Part shown: one piece after another, positions 13,555 to 26,570 of the stretch
Layout: every line of letters begins with the position of its first letter
Position numbering within the stretch: the stretch's first letter is position 1
From: Basidiobolus meristosporus CBS 931.73
Lineage: Eukaryota > Fungi > Basidiobolomycota
Reading direction: 5' to 3'
Assembly (NCBI GenBank): GCA_002104905.1
Contig: MCFE01000034.1
Span: 62,001 to 126,000, forward strand
DNA: 64,000 bases
The notes under the pieces: model-generated
Database searches by the model: none
What the model was told of the DNA's origin: nothing
Seen by the model: the letters and a program-made list of their open reading frames with translations, nothing else
Made by a program: the position numbers and the translations under genes

Positions 13555-15965
13555 TGCTGGGCATTTATTCTTCTATATAATGGTAGTAACAGATTTGGCC
13601 CATCACTTGGGGTCCATTCCTGTATCATGTAGCATGCATCTTCTCATCTCTACTATTGTTCTATTATATGGGACAGTAGTTTGTTGAAGCATACCCATAG
13701 TTGAACAGTACTTTGCAAACTCCTTGGTGCTATACTCACCTTTGTTACCACTTTGAAGTACCTTCCACTTATACCTAGCTTGTGGTTCTGCCATTTTTTG
13801 AAGTGCTTCAATATTTCTAAAGCCTCATGCTTTGTCTTCAGCAAGTACACCAGTGTATATTTTGTCTTAGCATCAATAAATATTATAAATTAATTCATGG
13901 CTCCATAGAGCAGTGTTCCAAAGGGCCCATCTATATCTGAGTGTACAATTGACAATATTGTGGTGGTATTAATGCCTCCTGAGCTCTTGAAGCATTGCCT
14001 AGTTTGTTTGCCATATGAGTATCCCTGACAGACATTCAACTTGACCAGAACTGAGAAATTGAGTCTCAAAACAAGTAGGTTTTTCACCAATAGGCCCATT
14101 TTCTGTTCCCCAAAGTTTCCTAGCCTCTTATGCCATGTCTCCCAGTTGGCTTCATCAATTTCAGCAATGTTGGCATACTCAGTTACAATGATCTTGCATT
14201 GTAACTTGTATATATTGTGATCTCTGATTCCCAAAGTTATTATTTGTCCATTTTCACTCAATATTGAGCAGCTCATCTTAACAAAATTGAGCAGCTCAGC
14301 TTAGTAAAAGCAAGTTTTAGTCCCTAAGAAGACACTTAACTCACTGAGAGTAGGCTTGCAGCTATTCCAGTCATATAGAGTACATCAGTCAGTTTTGCTG
14401 TTTTTGCCCCTGAGATATCATTCATATTTAGCAGTATGGACCCACTGGTGGTAGATTTCAGTGCAGAGTTTTTCCCCAATAAACCTTGGTTACAAGAATA
14501 GTGTTCAAGTTGCTGAGCTACTCCTTTATACCACAAATATGCTTTGACATGCCAGAGTCAATGTATTATCATTACCACATTTACTTGCATTCTCTTGTAC
14601 AATTACAAATATTTGCTCATCTATAGTTATATGGTGCCTGCTGCAGGCTCTATTTTTTTGTCTCCTTGTTTCTTCTGGTATTCTCTTGCCCACTATCCTG
14701 GCTTGTTAAAGCAGTTACAGCAACCAGGCTTTCCTTGGTTCTGCTGCTTTCCCTTCTTTTTGGTGTGCCTTTCTGAGCAGCATAAAGCATTATCTTTAAA
14801 CTTCCCTGCTTAGTAATTATATCTGGGCTCTATTGAAATATTGGACTATTTGGTATCATTCAGCAGCTAAAAGTTTACTTAACAATTATAGACTAGTCTT
14901 GGTCACTGTAGGACTAATTTACAGCTCTAACATTGCCACTTTCTTAAGACCTGTGATCTTATGATTATTCTCTTATAGTCAGGATCAAATTAGCACTATT
15001 ACTAAGGATTATGTACTAACCCTGAAACTGTTACAGGATGCTCTTGAATATTGCAAAACCCACCTTACTTAGTGTTACAGCTGTATTACTTCTACAAAGG
15101 TATACATACTGAGCTTCTTTATTAATGAAAAACAGTTCAACTATTATCACTATTTCTTGATTAGTTCCTTATATCCCAAGCACTTCTTAAATTGCAACAA
15201 GCTCCACATTGAGAAGTCATCCTTTTACATAGTTCAAGACCATATTACTTTCTCTGCTTTCAAAACAAAGTACAAGTGGCTCATACTTATCTGGTAAGCT
15301 GTAAAGCAGATGGAGTATATTTTCTTTGTTGTCTGGACCAGCATTATAGCTGTAAAGTTTTTCTGTAACTGTCACCATTCTGGTAATGAGTTGCAGCATG
15401 TCATCCTCTGGCTTCTTCCTCACATTGAAGAACTTTCTTTTCCAATAAAGCTTACTTGATGCTACTGTTGCTTTGAAGATATTCTCAAGGGACTCCCATG
15501 CTGCTCTACCAGCATTTCAAGCATGAATTTGTCAATGAAAAAATCTTGCACATTGATACAGTTTGCACTCAGGGCTTTTCTCTCCTTTTATTGAGACTTT
15601 CCAACATTTTCTGCTGTTCTTTTGGGCTCAGCTTCCTTTCCTGTTACTATATTCCTAAGCATTCTTTCCTCAAGGTAAATCTGCATCTTGATTCTTCCAA
15701 TGCTGTAGTTCTTGTCACCAGACCTCCCATTTACAGAGAGGATCTAGGTATTTGTATTTACTGCTAGGAGTCATCTTTGGAACAGATAAGGCAAATTGAG
15801 AATCTTAATCTGGTTCAATTTAAGAAGTGTTCTTGATATAAGGAACGTATCAAGTGATAAAGATAATAGTTAAACTATTGCTTATTTGAAAAGAGGCTTT
15901 GAATCTATACCTTTGTGGAAATAATACAACTGTAACGCCAAGTAGGAGAGCTTCTCACTATCAGG
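13555..15965 (-). mobile_element. Copia family A element A2 (gag to integrase N-terminus; partial 5' LTR ~15812-15965)
   Basis: Collinear with A1 7080-8860. Decayed PBS next to an LTR-A end. Interrupted by a solo LTR-A. Confidence 0.88.
14831..15199 (+). mobile_element. Solo LTR of Copia family A inserted in the gag of A2
   Basis: Matches 18942-19310. Flanked by GGCTC and AGCTC (5-bp TSD, 1 mismatch). Host gag rejoins across it. Confidence 0.9.
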
Positions 15966-16264
15966 TTTCTTGTCATTTAAGGCAACTAGATGTCCTGGCT
16001 GGTTGGATCCATTTAAAATTATTGTAGAGTGCAATAAGACCACAACAATACCATGCATTTATTGTAACAGCACCAGTCAACTCTTGTTAAGTTTTATCAC
16101 TTTATTTGGTTGTTAAATTAGCAAAACACTGTCATGATCCTATCAAAAGATTGTTGAGAGGGTTACTAATTTGAAGCTGCTGGTATTATCAGGGTCTCTG
16201 AATGGGATGCAAATTGCTGATCAGGATTGGATCCACCCATAGGACCAAATTATTTTTCATAGGG
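15966..16264. mobile_element. CACTA/CMC right terminal region ending in TIR ...TTATTTTTCATAGGG
   Basis: Reverse complement reads CCCTATGAAAAATAAT and aligns with 1804-2070. Confidence 0.75.
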
Positions 16265-16489
16265 ATTACTCAATTTGTATGCATGGAAAGTATGACAATT
16301 GGTTGAGTCAGGAAGTAAGGATTGTGAAGAAGATCCAATAGCCAAGCAATGAATACAAACATAGGTGATTCAGTGTTCAGGATCAGAAAGTAAGAGAATT
16401 GGCAGCAAATTAATTAAAAGCCACTTATATACTGTGCAATGGTAAATATTACCAAGTTTCTGTAAGATCCAAGGTGCAAATATTTTTCA

Positions 16490-17540
16490 ATTAATATTTT
16501 TGTTATGCTAAGTTCAATTTCTTGGGTTCAAAAGCAACTGGGTATTCCTCTCCATATTGCATCTGTGAAAAGAGCACACTATTTTCTGATGTCAGGAACT
16601 CATAAGCCTGGCAGCTTAGCAAGTTTATTAGAATTGTTCCTTTTGATAGTACCACATTGAGCCACAAGTGCCAAGTGATGCCATTTTGTGCCAGGGAGGC
16701 CAGCAGACCTATACCTGACCACAGAGTGTGATACATAGCTCTTCATCTTCATACAAAGCAGCCCCTTTGTTTCACCCATTGTGCAGGAGAAAATCTATTT
16801 GTTGACCTTTTTTTTTAGATCACTGTTGTGCAGGATGTGTAAGAGCACAGAAGGCCTGAAGACATGCATCTGGTACTCAATACCCCTGGCACTCTGAATC
16901 TAGCTCCTGTGGCTTGTAACATGTGACAAAAAACATGGCACTATCTTGGTCCACTGGTACTGTATGGCACTATATTTAAATATGAGCCCTGAAGCAAGGC
17001 CTATCCTAAGCACTTAGAGTGTCACATAGTACCAGTGGACCACAATAATGCCATGTTTTTTTGTCACATGTTACAAGCCACAGGAGCTAGATTCAGAGTG
17101 CCATGGGTATTGATTACCAGATGCATTTCCTCAGTGCTTCTGTGCACTTACAGATCCTGCACAACAGTGATCTAAAAAAAAAGGTCAAAAAATAGATTTT
17201 CTCCTGCATAATAGGTGAAACAGAGGGACTGCTTTGCGTGAAGATGAAGAGCTATGTTTAACACTCTGTGGCCAAATATATGCATGCTTGGCCTCCCTGG
17301 CACACTATGGCATCATTTGGCACACATGACTCAATGTGGCACCATCCAACAAATCAAGTCTATTTTTGAGTGTCCTAAAGGCAGTCTGAAAAGCAATTTC
17401 CCACTTCAAGGTGTTGTCTATCCTAAGGATATTTGTAAAAGGGGCTGTAATGCTTGCAAACAACTCACCAAGTCTTCAATAATAGGATACCAATCTAAGA
17501 TTATGGGGCTGCTTCAGATCCTGACCAACCTCTACTCTTT
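16490..17540 (-). pseudogene. Gypsy family F RT/RNase H fragment interrupted by a foldback element
   Basis: Reverse complement aligns with ~29250-29590 once 16630-17361 is removed. Confidence 0.82.
16630..17361. mobile_element. Foldback/MITE-like palindromic element, copy 1 (732 bp)
   Basis: ~345-bp inverted arms around a ~42-bp spacer. AGAA...GTCT ends. TSD ATT at 16627-29 and 17362-64, confirmed against the uninterrupted Gypsy-F sequence near 29410-29430. Confidence 0.9.
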
Positions 17541-17559
17541 TGGATTATAAGGTCACATT

Positions 17560-18941
17560 CCACTTATAACTTGAATCATAAAAGCTATAGCCCCCTGCCT
17601 ACAAACCTTCACATATATACATTCCTGCTGTAATTGTCCCACTTCTAATACCTCAAATATATGGCTTTTCATATTGATCCTTGCAAAGTGGCTATTCACC
17701 AGGTAATATTGGTAACAAATTCATATTGCAAATATATGCTTGGTCCATGCCACTTTTACCTTGAATATCTCTTGAATATCTGCAAAATTCTTGCTGGTAC
17801 TAGCCTATACATTTCATTTCCCTACTTGATTCTAGTCCCCCTTATTGGTATGCTCTGGTTCTTATTAGTATGAATTTTATAGTAAATGGTGTGGAAGTTG
17901 GCTGTGCCCTGGAGAAACCCAGCTTACTTTGGCAAAGTTATCCTAACAATAATGCAATGCTTGTTGCATCCAACACAACTTTTTATTACTTGGCTTTCTT
18001 ATTTCCACATTGGGGCTGTTTAGCTTCTCAGTGGTAAGTGCATAGGTGTCTCTCCAAACACATCTGTCCTCAGTACATTCCATTATCTGCCTATCTCCCC
18101 ACACATCTGCTCAATAGGACACTGTCAAAAGGTCAAGTAAGATCTATAACTCTCTATACACCAAGTTAAATGGAGTAGAGAATAGCTGCAGCAGTGGCAG
18201 AGTTCTACACATTCAGCCCTGTGCTTGTTGTACAGCCACCCAGATATTATTGGACACTCCTAGCATAAAAACACTAGATGCACTTAGTTGGCACTAGCAA
18301 TCTGCTGTTGCATCAGTACTCCTATATTGTCATTATATAACAACCAGTGCCTCTGATGTACTTGAATAGCTGAGAGACATATCAAATAGCAGCACTGATG
18401 TTGCTGGTGATGTATATTAATGCAGAGAGCTTCTCTACAGGAGCTCAGTCTGAAGTGTGAGATAATCTTCACATCACTTATATCAATAGCTTGGTGATTA
18501 TTGGTTTGCAACAATTGGATCTGGGTTGCACAAAATTGTGCTATTTTGATTATATCAAATGATAGCAGCTCAATGCAACTGCAGCAACTTCTCCTAGTTT
18601 TTTGTTACCATGATTACTATTGAAGCATTTGGTAGTAGTTTACTTTCCTCACCTATACTACTTTCTCATTGACTGTCATCTTGGCTATTTGTATACCTGT
18701 AGTAAGTGTTTTGCCTCCGGGTTTATGAGTGCAGTGCTCTAGCTTGGCTGTGCTAAACTACACCAGATATGTTATGGAGCTGGCTTGGAGTGATACATGC
18801 TGGTATGTTTGTTTGCCTCTTAAAGGCTGCTATGGTTTAGGTACTTCCAGTGAGTCTTTGTCATTGGTTCTCCCAAAGTAACTTGCTAATGGTGAGGAAT
18901 AATGATACTTGCAGTCACAACATGATATATTGACAAGAACC
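17560..18941 (-). pseudogene. CACTA/CMC transposase fragment
   Basis: 17660-18100 is collinear with 2400-2900 in the same orientation. Cut by Copia A3 at 18942. Confidence 0.65.
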
Positions 18942-21900
18942 TGTTGAAATATTGGACTATTTGATACCATTCTGCAGCTAAAAATTTACTTAACAATTCT
19001 GGACTAGTTTTGGTCACTGTGGGACTAATTTACAGCTCTAACTTTGCCACTTCCTTTGGATCTATGATCTTATGATTACTCCCCTATAGTCAGGATCAAA
19101 TTAGCACTAATGCTAAATATTATGTACCAACCCTGAAACTGTTACAAAATGCTCCTGAATATTGAGAAACCCTCCTTACTTGTTGTTACTGCTGTATTAC
19201 TTCTACAAAGGTACAAGTACTGAGCTTCTTTACTAATAAACAACAGTTCAACTAATATCACTATTTCTTGATAATTTCCTTATATCCAAATCACTTCTTA
19301 AATTGCAACAGGTTATGAGCCCTATTTGCCTTAATCTATTCTAAAGATGACTTCTACCAGCAAACAGAGCCACACAAACATGTTCCCTGTAAAGGAGAGG
19401 TTTGATGGAAAGAACTGCAAACTTTGGAGAAATAAGATGCAGATCCACCTTGAGGAAAGGAAGCTTTGGAATGTAGTAACAGGGAAAGAAGTTGAGCCCA
19501 AAGGAGCAGCAGAAGAAGTGGAGAAGTTTCAAGAGAAGGAGAGTAAGGCCTTTAATGCCATATGTATCAATGTGCAAGATTCCTTCATTGGACAAATCCA
19601 TGCCTCAAATACTGCCAAAGCAGCATGGGAATCCTTAGAGAAGATCTTTAGAGCAAAGTCAATATCAAGCAAGCTTTATTTAATGCCAAAGCTCTTCAAC
19701 ATGAGGAAGAAGCCAGATTATAACATGCTACAGCTCATGACCTGAATGGAGACACTTGCAGAAGAACTTTACAGTATTGATGCTGGTGTATATGATGAAG
19801 AGAAGATACTTTTTCTGCTTTGCAACCTACCTGATGAGTATGAGCCACTCACACTTTCTTTTGAAAGCAGAGAAGACAACTTGACTTTAGACAATATCAA
19901 AGGAAGACTTCTCCATGAAGAACTCAGACGTAATGCTCAAGCACAGAAAATCAAAGATAATGCTTTATTCAGTTAAGAAAGGCACTCAGAAAAGAAGGAA
20001 AAGCAACAAAACCAAAGAAAACCCGGTTGCTGCAACTATTGTAAAAAGCCTGGACACTGGGCAAGAGAATGCAAGATGAAGCAAGCAGACAAAATACAGA
20101 AACTAGAGCAGGCAAGCCATATAACTATTGATGAACAGTTATTTGTATCCATACAAGAGAGTGCAAGTAGCCAAAGTAATGATTGGTATATTGACTTTAG
20201 AGCCTCACAGCATATTTGTGGTATAAAGTAGTAGTTCAGCAACTTGATGGCTATTCACGTAAGAATGGTTTATCTAAGAGATATCTCTGCTCTGGAAGCT
20301 GCTGCAAGTGGGTCTATACAACTAAATATGAGCAATAGCTCAGGGGCAACAACAGCAAGACTCACTGATGTACTCTATTTACCTGGAATAGCTAAGAACC
20401 TACTCTCAGTCAGTAAAGCAACTGCTCAGGGAATGGAATTTGTTTTTGCTAAGATGAGCTGCTCAATATTGAGTGAGAATGGACAAAAATTAGCTTTTGG
20501 AATCAGAGATCACAATATATAAAGTTACAATGCTAGATCATTGTACCTGAGTATGTCAACATCTCTGAAACTGAAGAAGCCAACTAGGAGACATGATATA
20601 GCAGGCTAGGACTCATTAGGGAACAGAAGATGAGCCAATTGGTGAAAAATCAGCCTGTTTTGGGCCTGAAATACTCAATTCTGATCAAGTTGAATGTTTG
20701 TAAGGGATATTCCTATGGCAAACAAGCTGGGCAACATTTCAAGAGCTCAGAAGGCATCAATACCACCAAAATATTGGCTATTGTACACTTAGACATATGT
20801 GGCCCTATGAAACAGTGTCCTTGGGAGCCAAGAGATACTTTATGATGATTATTGATGACAAGACAAGATATTCATGGGTGTACTTCCTCAAAAAAAGGAT
20901 GAAGCTTTAAAGATGTTTAAGCACCTCAAGAACATGGCAGAAATGCAAACTGGGTGTCAATTGAAGGTACTACAAGGTGACAATGGAGGAGAATACTGTT
21001 AAAAGGAGTTTGCAAAATACTGCTCATCTACTGGTATACCTCAACAGATCACATTTCCTCATACTCCACAGCAAAATCAAGTAGCAGAGTGTGCAAATAG
21101 AACAAAAGTACAGATGGGAAGATCTATGTTACATTATAAGGGAATTGACTACATGTTTTGGGCTGCATCTGTTGCTACCACAGTATACATCAAGAACAGA
21201 TGCCCAACAACAGCATCGCGTGATTCTGTTATGATCTGCTGCTTGAATATTTAAGTTAGATCAGTTTTTAGTCAAATCAATTAGTATATGTTTAGGTTAT
21301 CAGTATATCAGTATTATCTATGAAATCAGTAGCATTAGTCAGCAAATGAATAAGCAGATCCTTATCAGACAGAGATACATATATTAAGTAAGATCTTATT
21401 GCGTGATGATGATGCAATGAAATGAGTCATCAGCCACAACCTACATCAGGAAATACAATTAGTCAGCCATTGATCTGGCAAAATGTATATAAGGAGCTGC
21501 TGGAACCTCAATAAAAATCAGTTCAAGTCTTAGTGAATATAATACTAGCTAAACTCCCTATTCCTCTACAACTCTTATACCAAGACTTGTAACAGTTCTA
21601 CACCTTTTAAAGCATATACAGGCAAAAAACCAGATCTCCAGCACCTCAAGATCTTTGGCAGTGATGTTTTTTATCACATCCCTGACAAAAGACGCTCAAT
21701 GTTGGAACCAAAGAGTAGGAAAGAGATCTTTCTTGGGTATTGTGAAGATACTGAAGGGTCTAGAGTGTATGATGGCAAAATTCAGATGCTGATCAAGAGC
21801 AGGGATGTTGTATTTGAGGAGAACTCAGATCAGAAAGCTGCAGAAATCATTGGCCAAGCTGCCTGATGTTGCAATCAGCACTAATGAAGAAGATATGTAC

Positions 21901-23996
21901 CAAATTCAGACTGATATGGAAGATACTTCTACCAGTACCAGATCAGAACAGAATATCTCAGTTAGGAGATCTACCAGAATAAGAAATGCCCCTGGATCCG
22001 GTGGCAGACATCCAATGATCATCAAGAAGCCTATCTTGCCTTATGTGCCATACCTCAGAATCTGGAACAGGCAATGCAGAGTACAGATGCTACTATGTGG
22101 CAACAAGCCATGCAGGATGAGTACCAATCACTGATCAAGGCAAAAACGTAGGAACTGGTTGATTTACCAAATGGGAGAAAGCCAATAGGATATAGATGGG
22201 TCTACAAGATCAAGATAACCTCAAATAGTGCCATTGATAAGTACAAGGCTAGTTTGGTAGCCAAAGGCTATCCTCAGATTTAGGGACTAGACTTTAAGGA
22301 AACATTTGCTCTTGTTGCCAAGTTCAACTCCATTAGAACAGTTCTAGCCCTGGCAGCTGTACACAGTCTAGATCTACACCTATTGGATGTCAAAACAGCC
22401 TTTCTAAACAGGGATTTGCAAGACACTAAATAGATGGAGCAACCAGAAGGTTTTACCAGTCCAAAACACCCACCATAAGGTGTGCAAACTTAGAAAATTG
22501 TTGTATGGGCTTAAGCAGGCACCTAGTGCATGGTATAACAAGATTGAGACATATCTAGAGGAAATTGGGTTCACTTGTAGCACTGCAGATTACAGGATAT
22601 ATGTAAAGCAGCTCAAAAAGGGTGTGATCATCCTAGTTCTTTATGTGGACCACCTAATTATAGCTACAAGTGATCAAGAGGCACTTAAACAGACAAAATC
22701 ATATCTCTTCAGCAAGTTTGAGATGAAAGATCTTGGAAAATTGGACTATTTTCTTGGAATTGAGGTCAAATTTGACATACCTACGCAGAAAATTTTGCTG
22801 AACCAGTCTAAGTACATCAGGGACATTTTTAGACACTTCAAAGTGGAAATTTGCAAACCTGCAGCTACCCCTATGGACAATAACCTGAAATCAAGCAAAT
22901 CTCAGCCACATATCAATGAAAACAGCTCAACTATGAACCAAAACTTTCCCTATCAATCAATGGTTGGTAGGCAAATGTACTTGATGGTGTCTACACATCC
23001 AGATATTGTAGTGGCAGTTGCAATAGTCAGTCAACTCATGCAGAATTAAGAATCAGATCAAATTACAGCAATTAAGTGGATTTTCAGATATCTACAAGAT
23101 ACCATCAATATGGTACTGGAATACTCTGGAGCAGCTAATAGGCAAAAATTTGATGGTTATAGTGATTCAGCTTGGGGTAGGGATCTGATTGACAGATGCT
23201 CTACCACAGACTATGTATTTCTTTATGCTGGTGCAGCTATTACTTGGAATTGCAAGAAACAACCAACTGTGGCCCTATCTACAACTGAAGCAGAATATGT
23301 GGCTGCATATCAAGCAACTAAGGAGGCTATATGGCTACAAAAATTATCTAAAGACTTGGTTTTTAACTCAGATGAACCAACATGTATTTACAAGGATAAT
23401 CAAAGTTGTATTTCATTAGCTAGAAATCCTACTAATCATGCCAGAACTAAGCCCATTGATATACAGCATCATGTTGTGAGAGAAGTTGTAGAAAATAACT
23501 TAGTAGAGTTAGTGTACTGCCCAACCAACAAAATGGTGGCAGATATATTGACAAAACCACTAGCTAGGCCACAATTTGAGAATCTCAGGGAGGAATTAGG
23601 ATTAAGAAACTATTTAGTTGAGGGGGAGTGTTAAAATATTGAACTATTTGGTATCATTCTGCAGCTAAAAATTTACTTAACACTTCTGGACTAGTCTTGG
23701 TCACCGTGGGACTATTTTACAGCTCCAACTTTGCCATTTCCTTCAGATTTATGATCTTATGATTATTCCCCTAGAGTCAGGATCAAATTAGCACTGATAC
23801 TAACTATTATGTACTAACACTGAAACTGTTGCAAAATGCTCCTGAATATTGAGAAACCCTCCTTTCTTGGTGTTACAGCTGTATCACTTCTACAAAGGTA
23901 TAAATACTGAGCTTCCTTACTAGTAAATAATAGTTCAACTATTATCACTATTTCTTGATAAGTTCCTTATATCCAAATCACTTCTTCAGTTGCAAC
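18942..23996 (+). mobile_element. Copia family A element A3 (LTRs 18942-19310 and 23629-~23996; gag-pol 19347-23634, disrupted)
   Basis: PBS GGTTATGAGCCCT at 19311-19323 and PPT GAGGGGGAG at 23620-23628. Gag, integrase, RT and RNase H ORF pieces with stops. No TSD pair. Confidence 0.95.
21227..21594 (+). mobile_element. Solo LTR of Gypsy family F inside the A3 integrase
   Basis: Matches 26571-26938. Flanked by ATTC and GTTC (4-bp TSD, 1 transition). Host reads gcgtgATTCtacacc when it is removed. Confidence 0.92.
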
Positions 23997-26267
23997 TGAA
24001 AATAGCGACTCCATTGAGTTGGTCCAAGAGCTCATCAATCCAAGGTATGGGGTACTTATTCTTCATGGTAACTGAGTTGAGGGCTCTGTAGTCAATGCGC
24101 ATCCTAAGTGTTCCATCCTTCTTCTTCACAAAAAGTACTGGTGCTCCCCAAGGTGACTTGCTGGGTCTGATATATCCTTGCTCCAGTAACTGATCTATTT
24201 GTCTCTTCATCTCTTCCATCTCCAATGGACTCATTCTGTACAGTGTTTTACTCACTGGAGGGCTATCTTCTGTTTCAATGGCATGATCCATGTCTCTGAC
24301 TGGTGGTAGGCTTACAAGCTCTTCTGGAAATAAATCTAAATACTCCTTCAAAAGAGTCCGGACCTTCTGGGGTACTAGAGTAGGGGAATCCTCCTGTAAT
24401 ACTGCCATGAGGAACATCTGGGTACCTTTTCTTAGTGCTCTACAGAGTTGTGTCTTGCTAAGTTCACTTGTTTCACACACACTGGAATTGACAAAGTTAA
24501 AATCCAGTCTGGCAGGTAATAGCTCATAGGTCTTGTTGTCCTTCTGGATCTGGGTTGCATGGGTTCTCCAGTTGATTGATGGATTACGACAAAATAGCCA
24601 TGTTTTTCCAAGTACAAGGTCAAACTTGCAGTTCCCAAATATAAAGGCCTGTAGATCTTCTTCATAGTCATTGATCTTCATCCTTACTGGCTGAGTAATA
24701 CAGTTGAATATGTGAGAGTTCCCATCAGCTGTTGGGACTGAAGTTGATTTGGTGGGTTCCAAGTTGATTCCAGCTTTCAAAGCAAATTGAGCTGACATGT
24801 ACTCATGTGATGCTCCTGAGTCAATCATGAACTTGGCAGGTACTCCACTGATTACTCCATTCAAGTATAATAGCTTTCTTGAGTTTGAGGTCATCTGGGA
24901 TAGGTACTCTTCTTTCATATGGAAGGTGAGTTTGGAGTATTTGTCAAGTTCATCCTCCATGTTACTATGCTCCATGGCCTCAATATGGTTAAAGGTTCTT
25001 GATGGTTGCTGTCCATTTCTTCTCTGAGGGAAGTACTTTGCAGTATGTCCCTGCTGGTGGCAATTGAAACAAAGTCCTTTCTTCTTACAATCTTCTGAGG
25101 TAGGATTCTTCTGCATAGCATCTATTTCCATTGGCACTGCTTCTGATTGTCTTCTTTCATAGTGATTGTAGCCCCTCTGATTAGTCATTGTGGGCTTCCC
25201 AACTCCAAACACAGCTAAGTCATAGTCAATGGCAATCTTGATGGCTTCTTCAATAGACTGAGGTCTTTGATAAATCCCTTGCTTACAAGTTCTTTCTTTC
25301 AACCCATCAATAAAGTATTCAACTTGATCCAGAGGGTCCATTCTTTCAATTTGCCCAAGTAGATATATATATATTCATAGATGAACTCTTGGATCATTTC
25401 TTTCTGTCTGAGTGTCTTCAACTTTCTTCTGAGTAGTGTCTGTTGGTGTGGGGGCTCAAAGGCATCCTGAATTTCTGACACAACCTCATCCCAGGTGGAG
25501 ATTGTAGAGCATCCCATCATGGTAGCTGACCTGATCTTGTTGTGGTACCACTGTAAAGCTGCATCTGCCAGTTAAGAGACTGCATAATGTAACTTGCTTT
25601 CTGGAGCAATTCCCTAAGCCTTGAAAGCTTCTTCAATCTGTAAGAGCCAAGTTCCCAGGTTTTCATTGACTCTACCATGGTACCGGTTGACATTCACACT
25701 AAAGTTGCTCTTGACAGGGTTTTACTGGCTTTGGGCCATGGTAGTCATTCCTTGTTGCTGCTGGCTAAGGATCTGGAGTAACTGTTGCTGCCAGGCCAGG
25801 ATTTGTTACATAGCATTCTTCCATTCTTGATTTTTGGACATCTTGACGGAGGCTTCTTCTTTCTTCAGGAGGGATGTTTCTGGTTATTGCTGCTACCAAC
25901 GTTACAAGTCTTGGTATAGGAGTTGTAGAGGAATAGGGAGTTTAGCTAGTATTGTATTCACTAAAACTTGAACTGATCTTTATCAAGATTCCAGCAGCTC
26001 CTTATATACATTTTGCCAAATCAATTGCTGACTAATTGTATTTCCTAATGTAAGCTGCGGCTGATGACTCATTTGATTGCATCATCATCATCCAATAAGA
26101 TCCTACCTAATATATCTATTTCTGTCTGATAAGGGTCTGCGGATTCATTTGCTGACTAATGCTACTGATTTGATAGATAGTACTGATATACTGATAACCT
26201 AAACATATAACTAATTGATTTGATTAAAAACTGATCTAAGTAAATGTTCAAGCGGCAGATCATAACA
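23997..26267 (-). mobile_element. Gypsy family F element F2 (5' LTR 25900-26267, gag, protease, RT start; 3' half deleted)
   Basis: ORF 23986-25341 has [20 protein letters not shown] and [28 protein letters not shown] next to the LTR. Confidence 0.95.
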
Positions 26268-26570
26268 CTCTCATAGCACTGCAGATCACAGTATATATGT
26301 GAAACAGCTTAAAAAGGGTATGATCATCCTAGATCTTTATGTGGACAACCTAATTATAGCTACAAGTGACAAGAGGCACTTAAACAAACAAAATCAGATC
26401 TTCTCAGCAAGTTTGAGATGAAAGATCTTGGAAAATTGAGCTATTTTCTTGGAATTGATGTCACATTTGACATACCTACTCAAAAAAATTGTGCTGAATC
26501 AGTCTAAGTACATCAGGGACTACCTCTATAGACATTAACCTGAAATTAAGCCAATCTCAGCCAGTTATAG

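Noticed and set aside
19311-19323. tRNA gene fragments at the primer-binding sites
   Set aside because: Only 9-13 nt of complementarity and no cloverleaf. These are retroelement PBSs.
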